IMG/VR virus record: IMGVR_UViG_3300034101_006340
Location: 32,001-96,000 of that record
DNA from: a virus
Direction: 5' to 3' (one strand)
Length of the DNA stretch: 64,000 nt
Shown here piece by piece: positions 45,817 through 56,800 of the stretch. The first letter of the stretch is position 1. Every line of letters begins with the position of its first letter. The notes under the pieces are model-generated. The model ran no database searches and had not been told where the DNA came from. It saw only the letters and a list, made by a program, of their open reading frames with translations. A program made the position numbers and the translations under genes.

Positions 45817-48800
45817 CTATGATGAAAAAGGAGCATTAATAGTACTACAGGAAAGATCAATACCTTCATTTCTTGTTACGCCTAAATCAGACATACAACA
45901 AAAATCTGCGCTGCCACAAATAAATACCTTATGTCTATAATAACAAGAAATACCACCATCGCAATTAGATGCCTGATAATATGTGGGATGCGTATGAGTA
46001 TATGAGGCTCCTTCAATATTACCCGTTCGATTCACAGTAAATAGATAAGCTTGATATGGGGCTAAATTAGAAGCATACGCACTAGGAAATGGTACATTTG
46101 AACAATGATGAGAGGTATTATTACTACTAACGTAAAGATTATCAGCAGTGCATATAATATTATTGTCATTACGCATTATATCTTGTATTGTTACCGGTCT
46201 AATATAGCTATATGTAAAATAGAAAGCATGTGTTGTAGAAACATCATTAACAATATTACCGGTTCTGGTTATGCTTGCTCCTCCACTATTAAAGCTTTCT
46301 GTTATCACATCACTAACAGAACCAGGGATTACGCCTTCTATAATATCTTCAGTAGGAATATGGCTACTTCCCTTAGCCAAGTATTGGTATCGGCTTCTCA
46401 TCTGATTTGCAAGACGCCACTGTGTTTCTGGTACTTCATAGCCAGCAATCGTACTACTCATACTACAGGATAAGCCTTTTAAACACTCATAGACCACGTT
46501 GAATAATAGATCGTCGTTTCCATACATTAAACTACCAAGCTGACCACACCCATATTCAACCTCTCCTCCTCCGCATTGATGAGCCCAAGAAGCATGATTG
46601 TAAAAAGATTGCCACCCACCACCTACCACACCTGGATTATTGACGCTACAAGAAGTAAATGTTGCTAATAAACATCTGCGAGATTCGGTTTTGGTGACAA
46701 ATGCCTGTCTTTGTTCAGGAACAAAAACTTTTAGAGCAGATGATAAGCACTGATCACAACTGCTCTCAATATTGTCTATTAAAGATAGCTGCGACATCGT
46801 AGAATTAATGCTAATTCTTGGACATCTTAATAGTGTTCGACTAAAACACATACTTTTTCCGCCAATGGTCAATGTGATAGCCGAACTACTATAAGAGATC
46901 GTACATAATGAACTAGCGCACAAAGGATTATACGGAGAATTAGTTGTGGTTGTTGTTGATAAATATAGTCTATTTTTTGATAAAATATTATGACTACCAG
47001 TACGGCCAACCCCACAAAAATGACAATATTCATCACATTTACCAGAAGGATATTCAAACCCACTATCAATATCGTCGCACGGGGCTGTATAAGAAGATTC
47101 TGGAGTATAACAAAAATCACAGTCTCCTGTCGAACAACCCCCTGATGAATTAAGGCTACTAAATGGGGTTGGACAACCTATAAACACACATCCTTTATAA
47201 CCGTCCTGGCACTCACCCCCTGCTCCAGCTACAGGAATACATACGGTGGTTGGTGTTGGTGGAACATAACCATTCGTTTGATCTGAACAAACATAACCAA
47301 CTGCTTGAGTAACACCAAGTAACATATTATTTTTTCTTAAATTATCTAGTTGATCTCTTGTAAGGCCCATAACAGGATATGTTGTACAATTTGCTGTTTC
47401 TGTTCGTACAACCGTTGTTCCTGGCTCAACATTACCACATTGATCATATCCAGTATCAAAAAAGTTAGTATAACAATCGGGTGGTCTTGGTTGTACTATA
47501 ATTGGAGAACCATCGAATTGATGAACTTGCCTATAGATATGTCCAAATAAATTAAAATTAGTTCTACAATACTGCCAGTCATATTCAAAATTGACAGATG
47601 TTTCTTCTTGAAGCGTTTCATCACATGTTTGACAATTATTTTTTCTACAATAACCAACATCAAATGATGTGCATGGTCCAGAACCTATACCGTATGAATA
47701 CCCTAATCCATTACACGGAGGCGTTCTTTGCGTTGTGAAAGGAGCCATAAATCCAACAGAACCAACTTGTGGTTGACCACAAACACATTGTCTAAGATGA
47801 TTTGGGCCCCAGCTGGTCACACTAAGAGCAACGCATCCTCCGCCACACGGACCGGCTGGACCACAACAACAATCTCCTGGTTGTCCAGCACCCGCCTCTC
47901 CATAAGCATTACCCCAACCAATTCCGCAGCTAGTAGAAGAAGACACTATATTTTGCAGATTAGGCGGACTCGATGAGTCATAAGCAAAGGCTAGTTGATA
48001 ATATTGATAACTATCATAATATAGACATTCTCCTTGATAAACTATACTAGTATTATTATCTGGTGGAGCAGGTGGTGGCGGGTCTGCGTCTGGAGCCACA
48101 TTCAATATAACATAAGAAGAGGAGGTGGTTACACCAGAGTATAGTAGAACTTCTAACTTATTACCAAAATATGGTATAGATATACTGCTTGTAGCGACAG
48201 CATAAATATTACCAGAACGATTTTCTATAACAATGGTAATGGTTAAATCATCTATAGATAGTGTTGTGGTTGATCCAATAGAAGCAACCCCGTTTATAGT
48301 AAAAGATCCATTTAAATTAAAATTAGAAGTAGCTGCTTTATCATAATTATATAAAATTTGAGAATATATATCTTCTGCTGTTATTCTAGGATCAGTATAA
48401 TTAATAATATCTTGTTTATTATATATTAAATTATCAATAAAATACATTTGTTTATTTACGTACTGTGCTTGTCCATATAAAATTCTAAATAACATTTCAT
48501 TAGCAACACTATCTATAGGATAAGATAATGGAGTGCTAACATTAGTGTCTAGAATTGTACTTTGGAATACAGGAGAAGAAGAATTTAATCTATAATTTGA
48601 GGGTAAAATAAAAGCAGAAGAACATGAATCAGATACATTATCAATACTATTATTGGTTGTTAAAGAAAATCTTTTGATCTCTACTAATGAATCATTACCT
48701 ATTATATTATAGATACCAGCATCGTATGCCAACGCATAATTAATAGAACCACCACCAATAGTCTGTGTAGAGTTTGAAGCAATTCTATAATTTGCTTTTA

Positions 48801-51800
48801 ATTCTAAATTAGCAGCTTTAGCTAAGCCATGATCATTAGATCCAAAACATCCAGTGTTGTCACAAGTACCATCGTCACGATCTCCATAAATAGGGTAGAC
48901 CCAAAACGGTTGTCTTCTATTTACATTAGTCATAACGTAAGACGAAGAGTTATCAAAAACAGCAGCACTACTACTAGCATTATAATTAGTAATATTATTA
49001 GGAGAAAATCTTCGTCTATATGTAACATTTGGAGTCAGTTCTCTAGTAGACTGTGTTGTACTATTAAGCCAAAATGTTGGCTGATCTATACGGAGAGTTT
49101 CTGTATAAAAATCTGATGCTGGTACAAATGTTCCTTCCATAGAAGCGCCAGAAGGAAAATCTATCCAGAACTTACCATCTCCATAAGGCTCATATCCTTC
49201 GTCCGGCTTAGAAGTATATGTAACATTACTAACATTAATAGTTCCACTATTAGGCAAAGAAGGATCTGTTGGTACAGAAATATTAAGTAAATTAAGATCT
49301 ATTAAAGGTATAAAGTTATGATACTTATCAGAATCTATCGTGTAGGTTTTAGAATTATCGCCTATACCATATTTATGTAATATACTATAATATATATTTT
49401 CTGGCCCATTGTCTCTGGTGCCTGTCACCAGTGAAACAGTATTAGCAGCATCAGTAATTTTATATATATGTTTTTTAGAATGATTATTAATAATCATTTG
49501 CTGGAATAAATTGTTATACGTAGACTTTGGATATATATCCTCTATAGGATATTGAGCGTCTACAATTGCATCAACTAGTCTTCCATTATAGTTAATCACA
49601 TCTCCCCATTTTCCAGGAATATAACTATTATTGAGTAGTGGATTGTTTTCTGCTATTGGGGCACTTATTTGTCCCAGTACTAACGATGTTCCTGTTGTGG
49701 GAAAGATATTATATACTCTAACATTTTGTGGAACAGAATTTTGTAGTTTGAAAAGCGTGTACGGTTGCATATATACGTCGTCTGTGTTAAAATTTTTAAC
49801 TTGACTACCGTTTTTGTTTTTATAAGAAACATATATGCTTTTTTCTAAAATCGTATTAGAACTACTAATTAAGGTGGTATCTGAATATAATGTAATAGGA
49901 TATGAACAGGATTTTTTAGTATTATATACATATCCTTGTCTATTAATTTTATCAAACGCAATATGCGTATCGCTAAAATAATGATCTAAATAAGAAAATT
50001 CTGAATATATATAAGACGATCTTAATGTTGGTTGTGTCGGTTTAATGCATATCCAGTGTGTATTATCATTAAAAACAATAGTGGTTCCATAACTAAAATT
50101 ACTGGGGGCTACAAAAAGAGATATATCGTCCATTGACGCTAAATTAGTCTGAATAGCTGGGTCTTGTTCCGGAATCAAAAAGTATGCTCTTATCCCAGGT
50201 ATGCGAATCTCATAATCTGAGGATGGATCTACTTTACAAATATTTTTTGAAAAAGGAAACGGCGTTTGTTCGTCATACAACGGAAATGAATTGTTCCAAT
50301 TTGAATTTTTGATAAAACTAAAGTTGATATGTTTACGAACAGGAGTTAATAATAATCCAGGCAAGTTTTTTGTATTAATTTCTGTATTATATTCAAAAAA
50401 AGAAGGAGATCCGGGATATTTTATATTATTAACAAGAAAGCAACCTATATTAGAACCAGTATATTTATACCATTTATTATTAGATTGAATATATAATCTT
50501 AATTTTTTATGATAATCAAATTCATTTAAACTATTTATAACATTTATAACTCTATTATTAATGTTGCCATAAAAAACTTTGCCAGTAGGAAAATCAGCAT
50601 TTGTTAATTCATTGGTATAAAGAATATTTCCACTAATAGGACTTTTACCGTTTGCAGAACCAATCAAGCCCTTATTCGGGTCAAAGAACCCTTCCGTTAA
50701 AGTGCCCATGGATTGTAATGGTGGTATTTTAAATAATAGCTTATGTGAATTAAATTTTTGAGTAAAATTTAGAGTAACAGCAGCTGTTTCATCTCCTCGT
50801 TGAGGATCTCCAATCTTTGTAGTTCCATTATTAGAAAAAATATAGGTGTTTTGTAAATTACCAGACGGAGGATAAAGAACAGATTCAGCATTTCCTCCTC
50901 TAGCAGACATGGCAGCAGCTAAAAACGGATTTTGTAGTTGTACAGTAAATGATGTTGCGCCATCAGTAATTGGAGCTGTTTGGCCGCCATATAATACTGT
51001 GCTACTATTAATAGTGACTTTAGTAGCAAATCTTTTAGATTTAATGATAGGTTGATACATCGTGTAATAATCGGTAATCTGACCATCACCACCCCCTACT
51101 TGATATATAACAAAATTGTATCTAGGACCAGATAAGTCCACATCTTCATTTACCGTAACATATAAATCAGCATTGGGATTTTTGCCTTGAACACTTAGAT
51201 TCCATATGGTATTGGTATAATTATGTAGAGTAATCGATGCTGTACTATTGCACCCAAATGGTGTTCTTGGATTTGTATATGAAGATAACACTGGTATAAT
51301 ACCACCACCAATAACAATTCCAGAGCCAAAAATAGAATTTAAATAATCTTGTGAAAATCCTCCATATTGTTTTAAACGAGGAGAATACCGAGTAGATAAT
51401 CCAGGAGTAAATATATTAGAACTAGAGATTTGATTAGGGTTAGGATTATCACAATCTGTGGGTCTACTAATAGTATCGACAGATATAATAGGCAAGCATT
51501 TACAAGTACCACTAACAGGGAATCTTTTGCATGAATAGGTTGATGATGATGATGTTTGTAAATATTCCGCTGATATATTATAAATTTTAATTCCAACATT
51601 ATTAGTATCAAATTGTATATAAATATTTGACGCAGAACCAGCGCTGGTTGTATTGAACTCAAATGCTGCAAATGCATCTAATTTAAATGGTGGACTATTA
51701 ATAAAAACACCATTATTTTGATGAAAAGCTACGCTGTCTATGTACGGATTAAAAAATAAAGCAGGATACGATCTAACAAATCTTTTGGTGCCATCTGATA

Positions 51801-53883
51801 TTGATCTTTCTAATCTGTTTTGTTGATCACCAGAAAATTGCGGAGGAGAATTATTAAATCTTCTAGCAAGAGTAGCATAACAAAAACTATTAGCAGCATT
51901 ATAATTGCCACACTCTGTTGTTTCAGCATTGGGTATTAAATAAAAAGAACTATACGGATCACAATCTCTACAAAACTTAGTATTATTGCTTTCAGATATT
52001 CTTGGATATATGCCAGACAATACACTACATCCATTTGATGTAAATACTGATTTAATTTTAGATTCATTATAGTATATATTAGAATATAATCCAAAATTAT
52101 TGGGAGTAATATTACCGCTTACACAAGATGTTGCGTATCTAGCATTTTCATTTGTTGCTGTATATACCTTGCCTAAAGAATATCCTATGTTTTGAGCATA
52201 AGAAAAATTTTTATTGATTGATCTACTATTACAATTAGTCATCGGTCTACAAGTGGCCGAACTAAATAACGTATCGCTTGTTTGTAAACTAAGATTAAAA
52301 TTCATATCCACAGCAAAACTACTATTTACAGAAGAAGCAAAGGTTATATTTTTACTAGAATTAGGAGGCACCCACAAATAAGCTCCGTACTTATTGACCA
52401 GTGTGTCAAAAAGTTCTTGAGAATTACTAATATAATTTAATCTTGAAACAGAATCAAAGTCTGTTCCTGATTGCATATATTTATTTAAAAGATCTATTTG
52501 ACCATAATTATTGATACCATAATCAAAAGTATTATTTCGTTTTAATAAATCCACAATAATCTCATCATATCGTGGCGCAGTCGATAGTATTGCTGCGGTC
52601 TCAAAAGATCTTTTTGCAATATCATTTCCTGTTGGTAAAATTTCTAAAAGCTTATAATACAGATTATGGAATCTTTCATAAATATTGGCTGAAATATATG
52701 CAAATTGAGATCCACTTGGAATTATACAAGTCAGTTCTGATCCCTGAAGTATTTTTAATCCAGAAGGACAAGATTGAATAGATCCGACCATACCAGTTGG
52801 ATTATTAAGATCGGTTGCTGGTTCTGGGCCATCATTTTTAGCGTAAAAGAAGTCTCCAGGAGAAATATATAAATCTACTCCGGGAAGTGGCCTTGCGTCA
52901 TTTGGAATCCCAGTGTTGTAATATCTATACCAGCATAATATACCAGAACTATAATTCCATTTCCAATATGATCCCAATTTTTGATTGTTAATAAAAATAT
53001 TTTTATATGTTTCTTGATCAAATCCATAAGGAAGTTTTGTAAATTCAGTAATTGAAGGGATATTTTTATTTGGTGTCTCACCAACGATAGTTGTAGAAAT
53101 TAATCCGGTTAATATTGGATAATTATTAGAATAAAAATTACCACTAATAGCATCTGATGGCATAGATGTCATAATAAAATTGCCGCAAGTCGAGCTTATT
53201 TTTTTACTTTTATCATATGATATCTCATGCATATGTTTTGTATCATGCTGACTAGTTAATAAATTATATGGAACTTCTGATATGGTTTCTTGTATTCTCC
53301 AATCTACTCTTAAAGAGACTCCATTTATTGTTCTTAATGTTAACGCTTCAGCAAAACTTTCACAACCAAGAGACTTATTATTACATGCCGGAAATTGTAA
53401 CTTGTGTTTCCAGTCGGCTAATCCTGTAATATATGCATAATTTAAATATGGAATTTTTGGAATATAATCATCAACTTTAAGCATAGTATCGCAACCGCCA
53501 GAACAGCAAGAAGTATCGTACTGTCTTGGAGAAGCATTGCTATTGTTGTCATAAAGTCTCCATTTGGTGCCAGTAGGAGGATTTCCACAATAAGAGCATA
53601 GTCCTAAAGAGGATTCTTCTTGATACAGAGCATCTGGATTAATTTGGCTATCTTGACAATTACAAGGACTAAAAGATCGAGACGCTTTGTTTCGTGCAGG
53701 ATATAGCAGCTCTACGCCAGATGTTTGACTTCTGGTGTCTGAAACCCAAACAGGTTGCCAAATACCAGATAAATTAGCGTCATATGCCGGAATTAATCCA
53801 GATAACCAATTTATATTAAAACTAATACTATTAATATTAGAAATATCTGAAGACAATGATTTTTTAAAAATATTGCAGCTCAT
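45817..53883 (-). CDS. 2688-aa Cys-rich putative virion (tail fibre/baseplate-associated) protein
   Basis: 8-kb uninterrupted ORF, S/T/N/G/Y/C-rich, at the end of the structural-type operon. Confidence 0.6.
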   Translation of the reverse strand: MSCNIFKKSLSSDISNINSISFNINWLSGLIPAYDANLSGIWQPVWVSDTRSQTSGVELLYPARNKASRSFSPCNCQDSQINPDALYQEESSLGLCSYCGNPPTGTKWRLYDNNSNASPRQYDTSCCSGGCDTMLKVDDYIPKIPYLNYAYITGLADWKHKLQFPACNNKSLGCESFAEALTLRTINGVSLRVDWRIQETISEVPYNLLTSQHDTKHMHEISYDKSKKISSTCGNFIMTSMPSDAISGNFYSNNYPILTGLISTTIVGETPNKNIPSITEFTKLPYGFDQETYKNIFINNQKLGSYWKWNYSSGILCWYRYYNTGIPNDARPLPGVDLYISPGDFFYAKNDGPEPATDLNNPTGMVGSIQSCPSGLKILQGSELTCIIPSGSQFAYISANIYERFHNLYYKLLEILPTGNDIAKRSFETAAILSTAPRYDEIIVDLLKRNNTFDYGINNYGQIDLLNKYMQSGTDFDSVSRLNYISNSQELFDTLVNKYGAYLWVPPNSSKNITFASSVNSSFAVDMNFNLSLQTSDTLFSSATCRPMTNCNSRSINKNFSYAQNIGYSLGKVYTATNENARYATSCVSGNITPNNFGLYSNIYYNESKIKSVFTSNGCSVLSGIYPRISESNNTKFCRDCDPYSSFYLIPNAETTECGNYNAANSFCYATLARRFNNSPPQFSGDQQNRLERSISDGTKRFVRSYPALFFNPYIDSVAFHQNNGVFINSPPFKLDAFAAFEFNTTSAGSASNIYIQFDTNNVGIKIYNISAEYLQTSSSSTYSCKRFPVSGTCKCLPIISVDTISRPTDCDNPNPNQISSSNIFTPGLSTRYSPRLKQYGGFSQDYLNSIFGSGIVIGGGIIPVLSSYTNPRTPFGCNSTASITLHNYTNTIWNLSVQGKNPNADLYVTVNEDVDLSGPRYNFVIYQVGGGDGQITDYYTMYQPIIKSKRFATKVTINSSTVLYGGQTAPITDGATSFTVQLQNPFLAAAMSARGGNAESVLYPPSGNLQNTYIFSNNGTTKIGDPQRGDETAAVTLNFTQKFNSHKLLFKIPPLQSMGTLTEGFFDPNKGLIGSANGKSPISGNILYTNELTNADFPTGKVFYGNINNRVINVINSLNEFDYHKKLRLYIQSNNKWYKYTGSNIGCFLVNNIKYPGSPSFFEYNTEINTKNLPGLLLTPVRKHINFSFIKNSNWNNSFPLYDEQTPFPFSKNICKVDPSSDYEIRIPGIRAYFLIPEQDPAIQTNLASMDDISLFVAPSNFSYGTTIVFNDNTHWICIKPTQPTLRSSYIYSEFSYLDHYFSDTHIAFDKINRQGYVYNTKKSCSYPITLYSDTTLISSSNTILEKSIYVSYKNKNGSQVKNFNTDDVYMQPYTLFKLQNSVPQNVRVYNIFPTTGTSLVLGQISAPIAENNPLLNNSYIPGKWGDVINYNGRLVDAIVDAQYPIEDIYPKSTYNNLFQQMIINNHSKKHIYKITDAANTVSLVTGTRDNGPENIYYSILHKYGIGDNSKTYTIDSDKYHNFIPLIDLNLLNISVPTDPSLPNSGTINVSNVTYTSKPDEGYEPYGDGKFWIDFPSGASMEGTFVPASDFYTETLRIDQPTFWLNSTTQSTRELTPNVTYRRRFSPNNITNYNASSSAAVFDNSSSYVMTNVNRRQPFWVYPIYGDRDDGTCDNTGCFGSNDHGLAKAANLELKANYRIASNSTQTIGGGSINYALAYDAGIYNIIGNDSLVEIKRFSLTTNNSIDNVSDSCSSAFILPSNYRLNSSSPVFQSTILDTNVSTPLSYPIDSVANEMLFRILYGQAQYVNKQMYFIDNLIYNKQDIINYTDPRITAEDIYSQILYNYDKAATSNFNLNGSFTINGVASIGSTTTLSIDDLTITIVIENRSGNIYAVATSSISIPYFGNKLEVLLYSGVTTSSSYVILNVAPDADPPPPAPPDNNTSIVYQGECLYYDSYQYYQLAFAYDSSSPPNLQNIVSSSTSCGIGWGNAYGEAGAGQPGDCCCGPAGPCGGGCVALSVTSWGPNHLRQCVCGQPQVGSVGFMAPFTTQRTPPCNGLGYSYGIGSGPCTSFDVGYCRKNNCQTCDETLQEETSVNFEYDWQYCRTNFNLFGHIYRQVHQFDGSPIIVQPRPPDCYTNFFDTGYDQCGNVEPGTTVVRTETANCTTYPVMGLTRDQLDNLRKNNMLLGVTQAVGYVCSDQTNGYVPPTPTTVCIPVAGAGGECQDGYKGCVFIGCPTPFSSLNSSGGCSTGDCDFCYTPESSYTAPCDDIDSGFEYPSGKCDEYCHFCGVGRTGSHNILSKNRLYLSTTTTTNSPYNPLCASSLCTISYSSSAITLTIGGKSMCFSRTLLRCPRISINSTMSQLSLIDNIESSCDQCLSSALKVFVPEQRQAFVTKTESRRCLLATFTSCSVNNPGVVGGGWQSFYNHASWAHQCGGGEVEYGCGQLGSLMYGNDDLLFNVVYECLKGLSCSMSSTIAGYEVPETQWRLANQMRSRYQYLAKGSSHIPTEDIIEGVIPGSVSDVITESFNSGGASITRTGNIVNDVSTTHAFYFTYSYIRPVTIQDIMRNDNNIICTADNLYVSSNNTSHHCSNVPFPSAYASNLAPYQAYLFTVNRTGNIEGASYTHTHPTYYQASNCDGGISCYYRHKVFICGSADFCCMSDLGVTRNEGIDLSCSTINAPFSS

Positions 53884-53889
53884 AAATAA

Positions 53890-56800
53890 TTATGTAGAGG
53901 CTTGAAGAATCCATTTCCCATTCAAGAACGTGAATAATCCTATAGTATTAGAACTAATACCAATATTTAAAGGATTATCAAATACAGCGGTATAACTAGA
54001 TACAATATCTCCAGACACAGAAGATGGAGTATATGCGGTATATATTGTAGCACTATTACCGCCAAGCATCAATCCTGTCGTTACTAATGGACGATTATAA
54101 ATAGGTTCATAAAAACCATTGACAGAATCATATTTACAATAAAGAGCAGCTCCTCTAGGGGCAGAAAACATACCCAGATTATCTTTAACAAAAACTAGTT
54201 TTCTTAATCCGCTAGGCAATGGATTATTAGTATAACTAGATTCAATCACAATACCTCTGGCTGGTGTATCATTAACTAAATCTTGCTCCACAACAACCCA
54301 TACTGGTTTATAATTAGCCCCAATCGTCCATACTCTACCAATATCATCCCATCTCAAATCAATTGGTCCTACTGGCCATGCTCCGGGTTGTTGAGCCCAG
54401 CCTTTCATAAAAGATCTTTCTTTATATGGTGAAGTGTATGATCCATCGGATTGTAGTTGTTGATTTTTTCCAATCTTATTACCACTGCTATCAACTACTG
54501 GAATTCCATTCGCTGTCAACAAATATTCACCAGAAGCATTTGGTACGGGATATCCTTCTAGATCATATCCCCACGAATGTAACATTAGCGGTCCACGTAA
54601 TCCAAAAAATCTATAGTTTTGTGTAAATCTAGGGTCATTTGCATTAAGATCCAAATCATTATAGTTATTATCTGGTTTTTCCGATAATGCTGATCGTAAA
54701 GCGTCATCTCCAGAAGGAATAACATTTCCAAAAGCTAAAACATCAATAGAGTATCCACATCTATCATTTGCTTGTTTATGAGCCAAACAATTAAAATCAG
54801 CACCGGTGGCAGATAATACTATAGGATTTAATGTATAGTTATTAATTATAGACGCCTGGAACTGTACGGCAGTTGCTCTATCATTAATAATTGTTCTATC
54901 AGTACCACTACCAATAAGATAAGGAGGCGTTAATTCTGCGGGCTGAGCGCTTATCTTCTTTATTTCTGTGATTTGGGTATCGGGCAAACAAAAAGGACAA
55001 GGAATAGTTTTTTGCGTATTTGCTGACATAATATCAGAAATATTATCAGCATTAGTTACAGTGGATTCTAATAATTCATTATAAGTATAATCACCAACAC
55101 CCATACATTGTGGACAAACAGATCTACGGTATTTTGTAATTGGAAATGTTGAAAAATATGGTGTTGGATATAAAGATATGGGTGAAAAAATACCGTCTAA
55201 ACTCATTACTGATTTTCTAGAATATGATTCACCATCTTCAAACAAAGCTTTATCCATTTCTGCTGGATCATAAAGACTAACGGCAGAAATGTGTTTCGGC
55301 GCTTTAACGTCGCATGGTACACTATTTGGAATAATAGGCTTATTGGGCCAACCGGGATCAAATTGACACTGTGTAGCAAAATTATTCACTGTGCTATTCT
55401 TATGCAAGAATGGGTACGCCGCTCCAACTAAAACACTAACAGGACTAAAATTACCAGCTTTTGATATAGAATAACTTCTAGACATTTTTTGTGTTTGTGC
55501 TTTTATTTCCGCTCTAGTTTTATTAATGTTTTCTGCTAATTGAGATCTAAATTGCATTGACTGTTTACCAAATTTTTGTATATTGTCTGCATTTTCTTTA
55601 TTAAAATATCCTAATTTACGACTAAAAGTACGAAAATGGTATGTTGTTCTAATTCCGTCGTTACCAAAAGTTAATCCTATAGAATTACATAATGGTCCAT
55701 TATCAAAAATTTTACTACCCATATTAGTATTATTCAACATAATGCCAGCTAGTGTTAATCGACCAGCTTCTTCAATTTGCTGGTATTCATTGCTATCGCC
55801 TAACATTGTCAATACAGCAGTATCTAGGGCGTCCATTCCGCCGTACTCCCATGGAACATACTGAGAATTTATATCTAAATCAACGCCTCCAACCACATTA
55901 TCTACCCATGTTAGATTATTAATAGTATTAGGAAAAATAGCATCAGCAATTTCGCCAGGGCTTGTTGACCACGGACCATATAAACTCATATTATACTTTA
56001 CAGGTATAGCGGCAAAACATGGCATCGCTGCTCTTTCATGTATTGGCATATTGGTTTCATTATTGACCGTAACGGTACCTCCGTTTGTTTGAAATAGAGC
56101 CCAATCGGCCATAGCTAATGTCATCATCAAATAAGCTGCTGTACTATTGCCAGCAACACTATCTAAAAACCGATTTTGCATATATCTTAGATTAGGAACA
56201 GAGCTATATGATGCGGTTTCTTCTCCTTCTTTATAAGATAAGGCACAATCAAGAAGAATAGTTTTTTGTAAATTATCAGCATCATGAATAAAAACAGGAG
56301 AAGATGCGCTAATCATAGCATATTGAACACCTATCGTATTATCAAAAATTAATGTTTTTTCTGGTATAGAAGCTTTTTGATAAATTTTGTATAACCTATC
56401 GTTCGGAACAGATACTCCAAAAGAATCGGTTAGTCCCGGATTAGCGGATGTAAAATTAGACTCTCTGATACCAGTATATGGTACCCCTATAAAATCCCCG
56501 TCGGTTCTCAATGGATAATACCATGCATTACTCGCCCCTATTTTACCTAACGTTGCCATGGCGCGACCCATAGAGTTGCTGACGGCAGCTCCGCCAATAG
56601 TGCTAGGAGGCCTAACAAAAGAGTATTCTTGTTCAGCAGAATTATTCCATCCTAAAATTGGACCAAATTTTCCATTATCTTGAGCCAATAAATCGGCCGT
56701 TGTGCTACCAATAACCAATGTATCATCTAGAGCATTTCCTGGTTCTTCCCAACCAGAATCGGTAATCTCATAATCATATCGTCTAACTCCGTCTGCGCCA

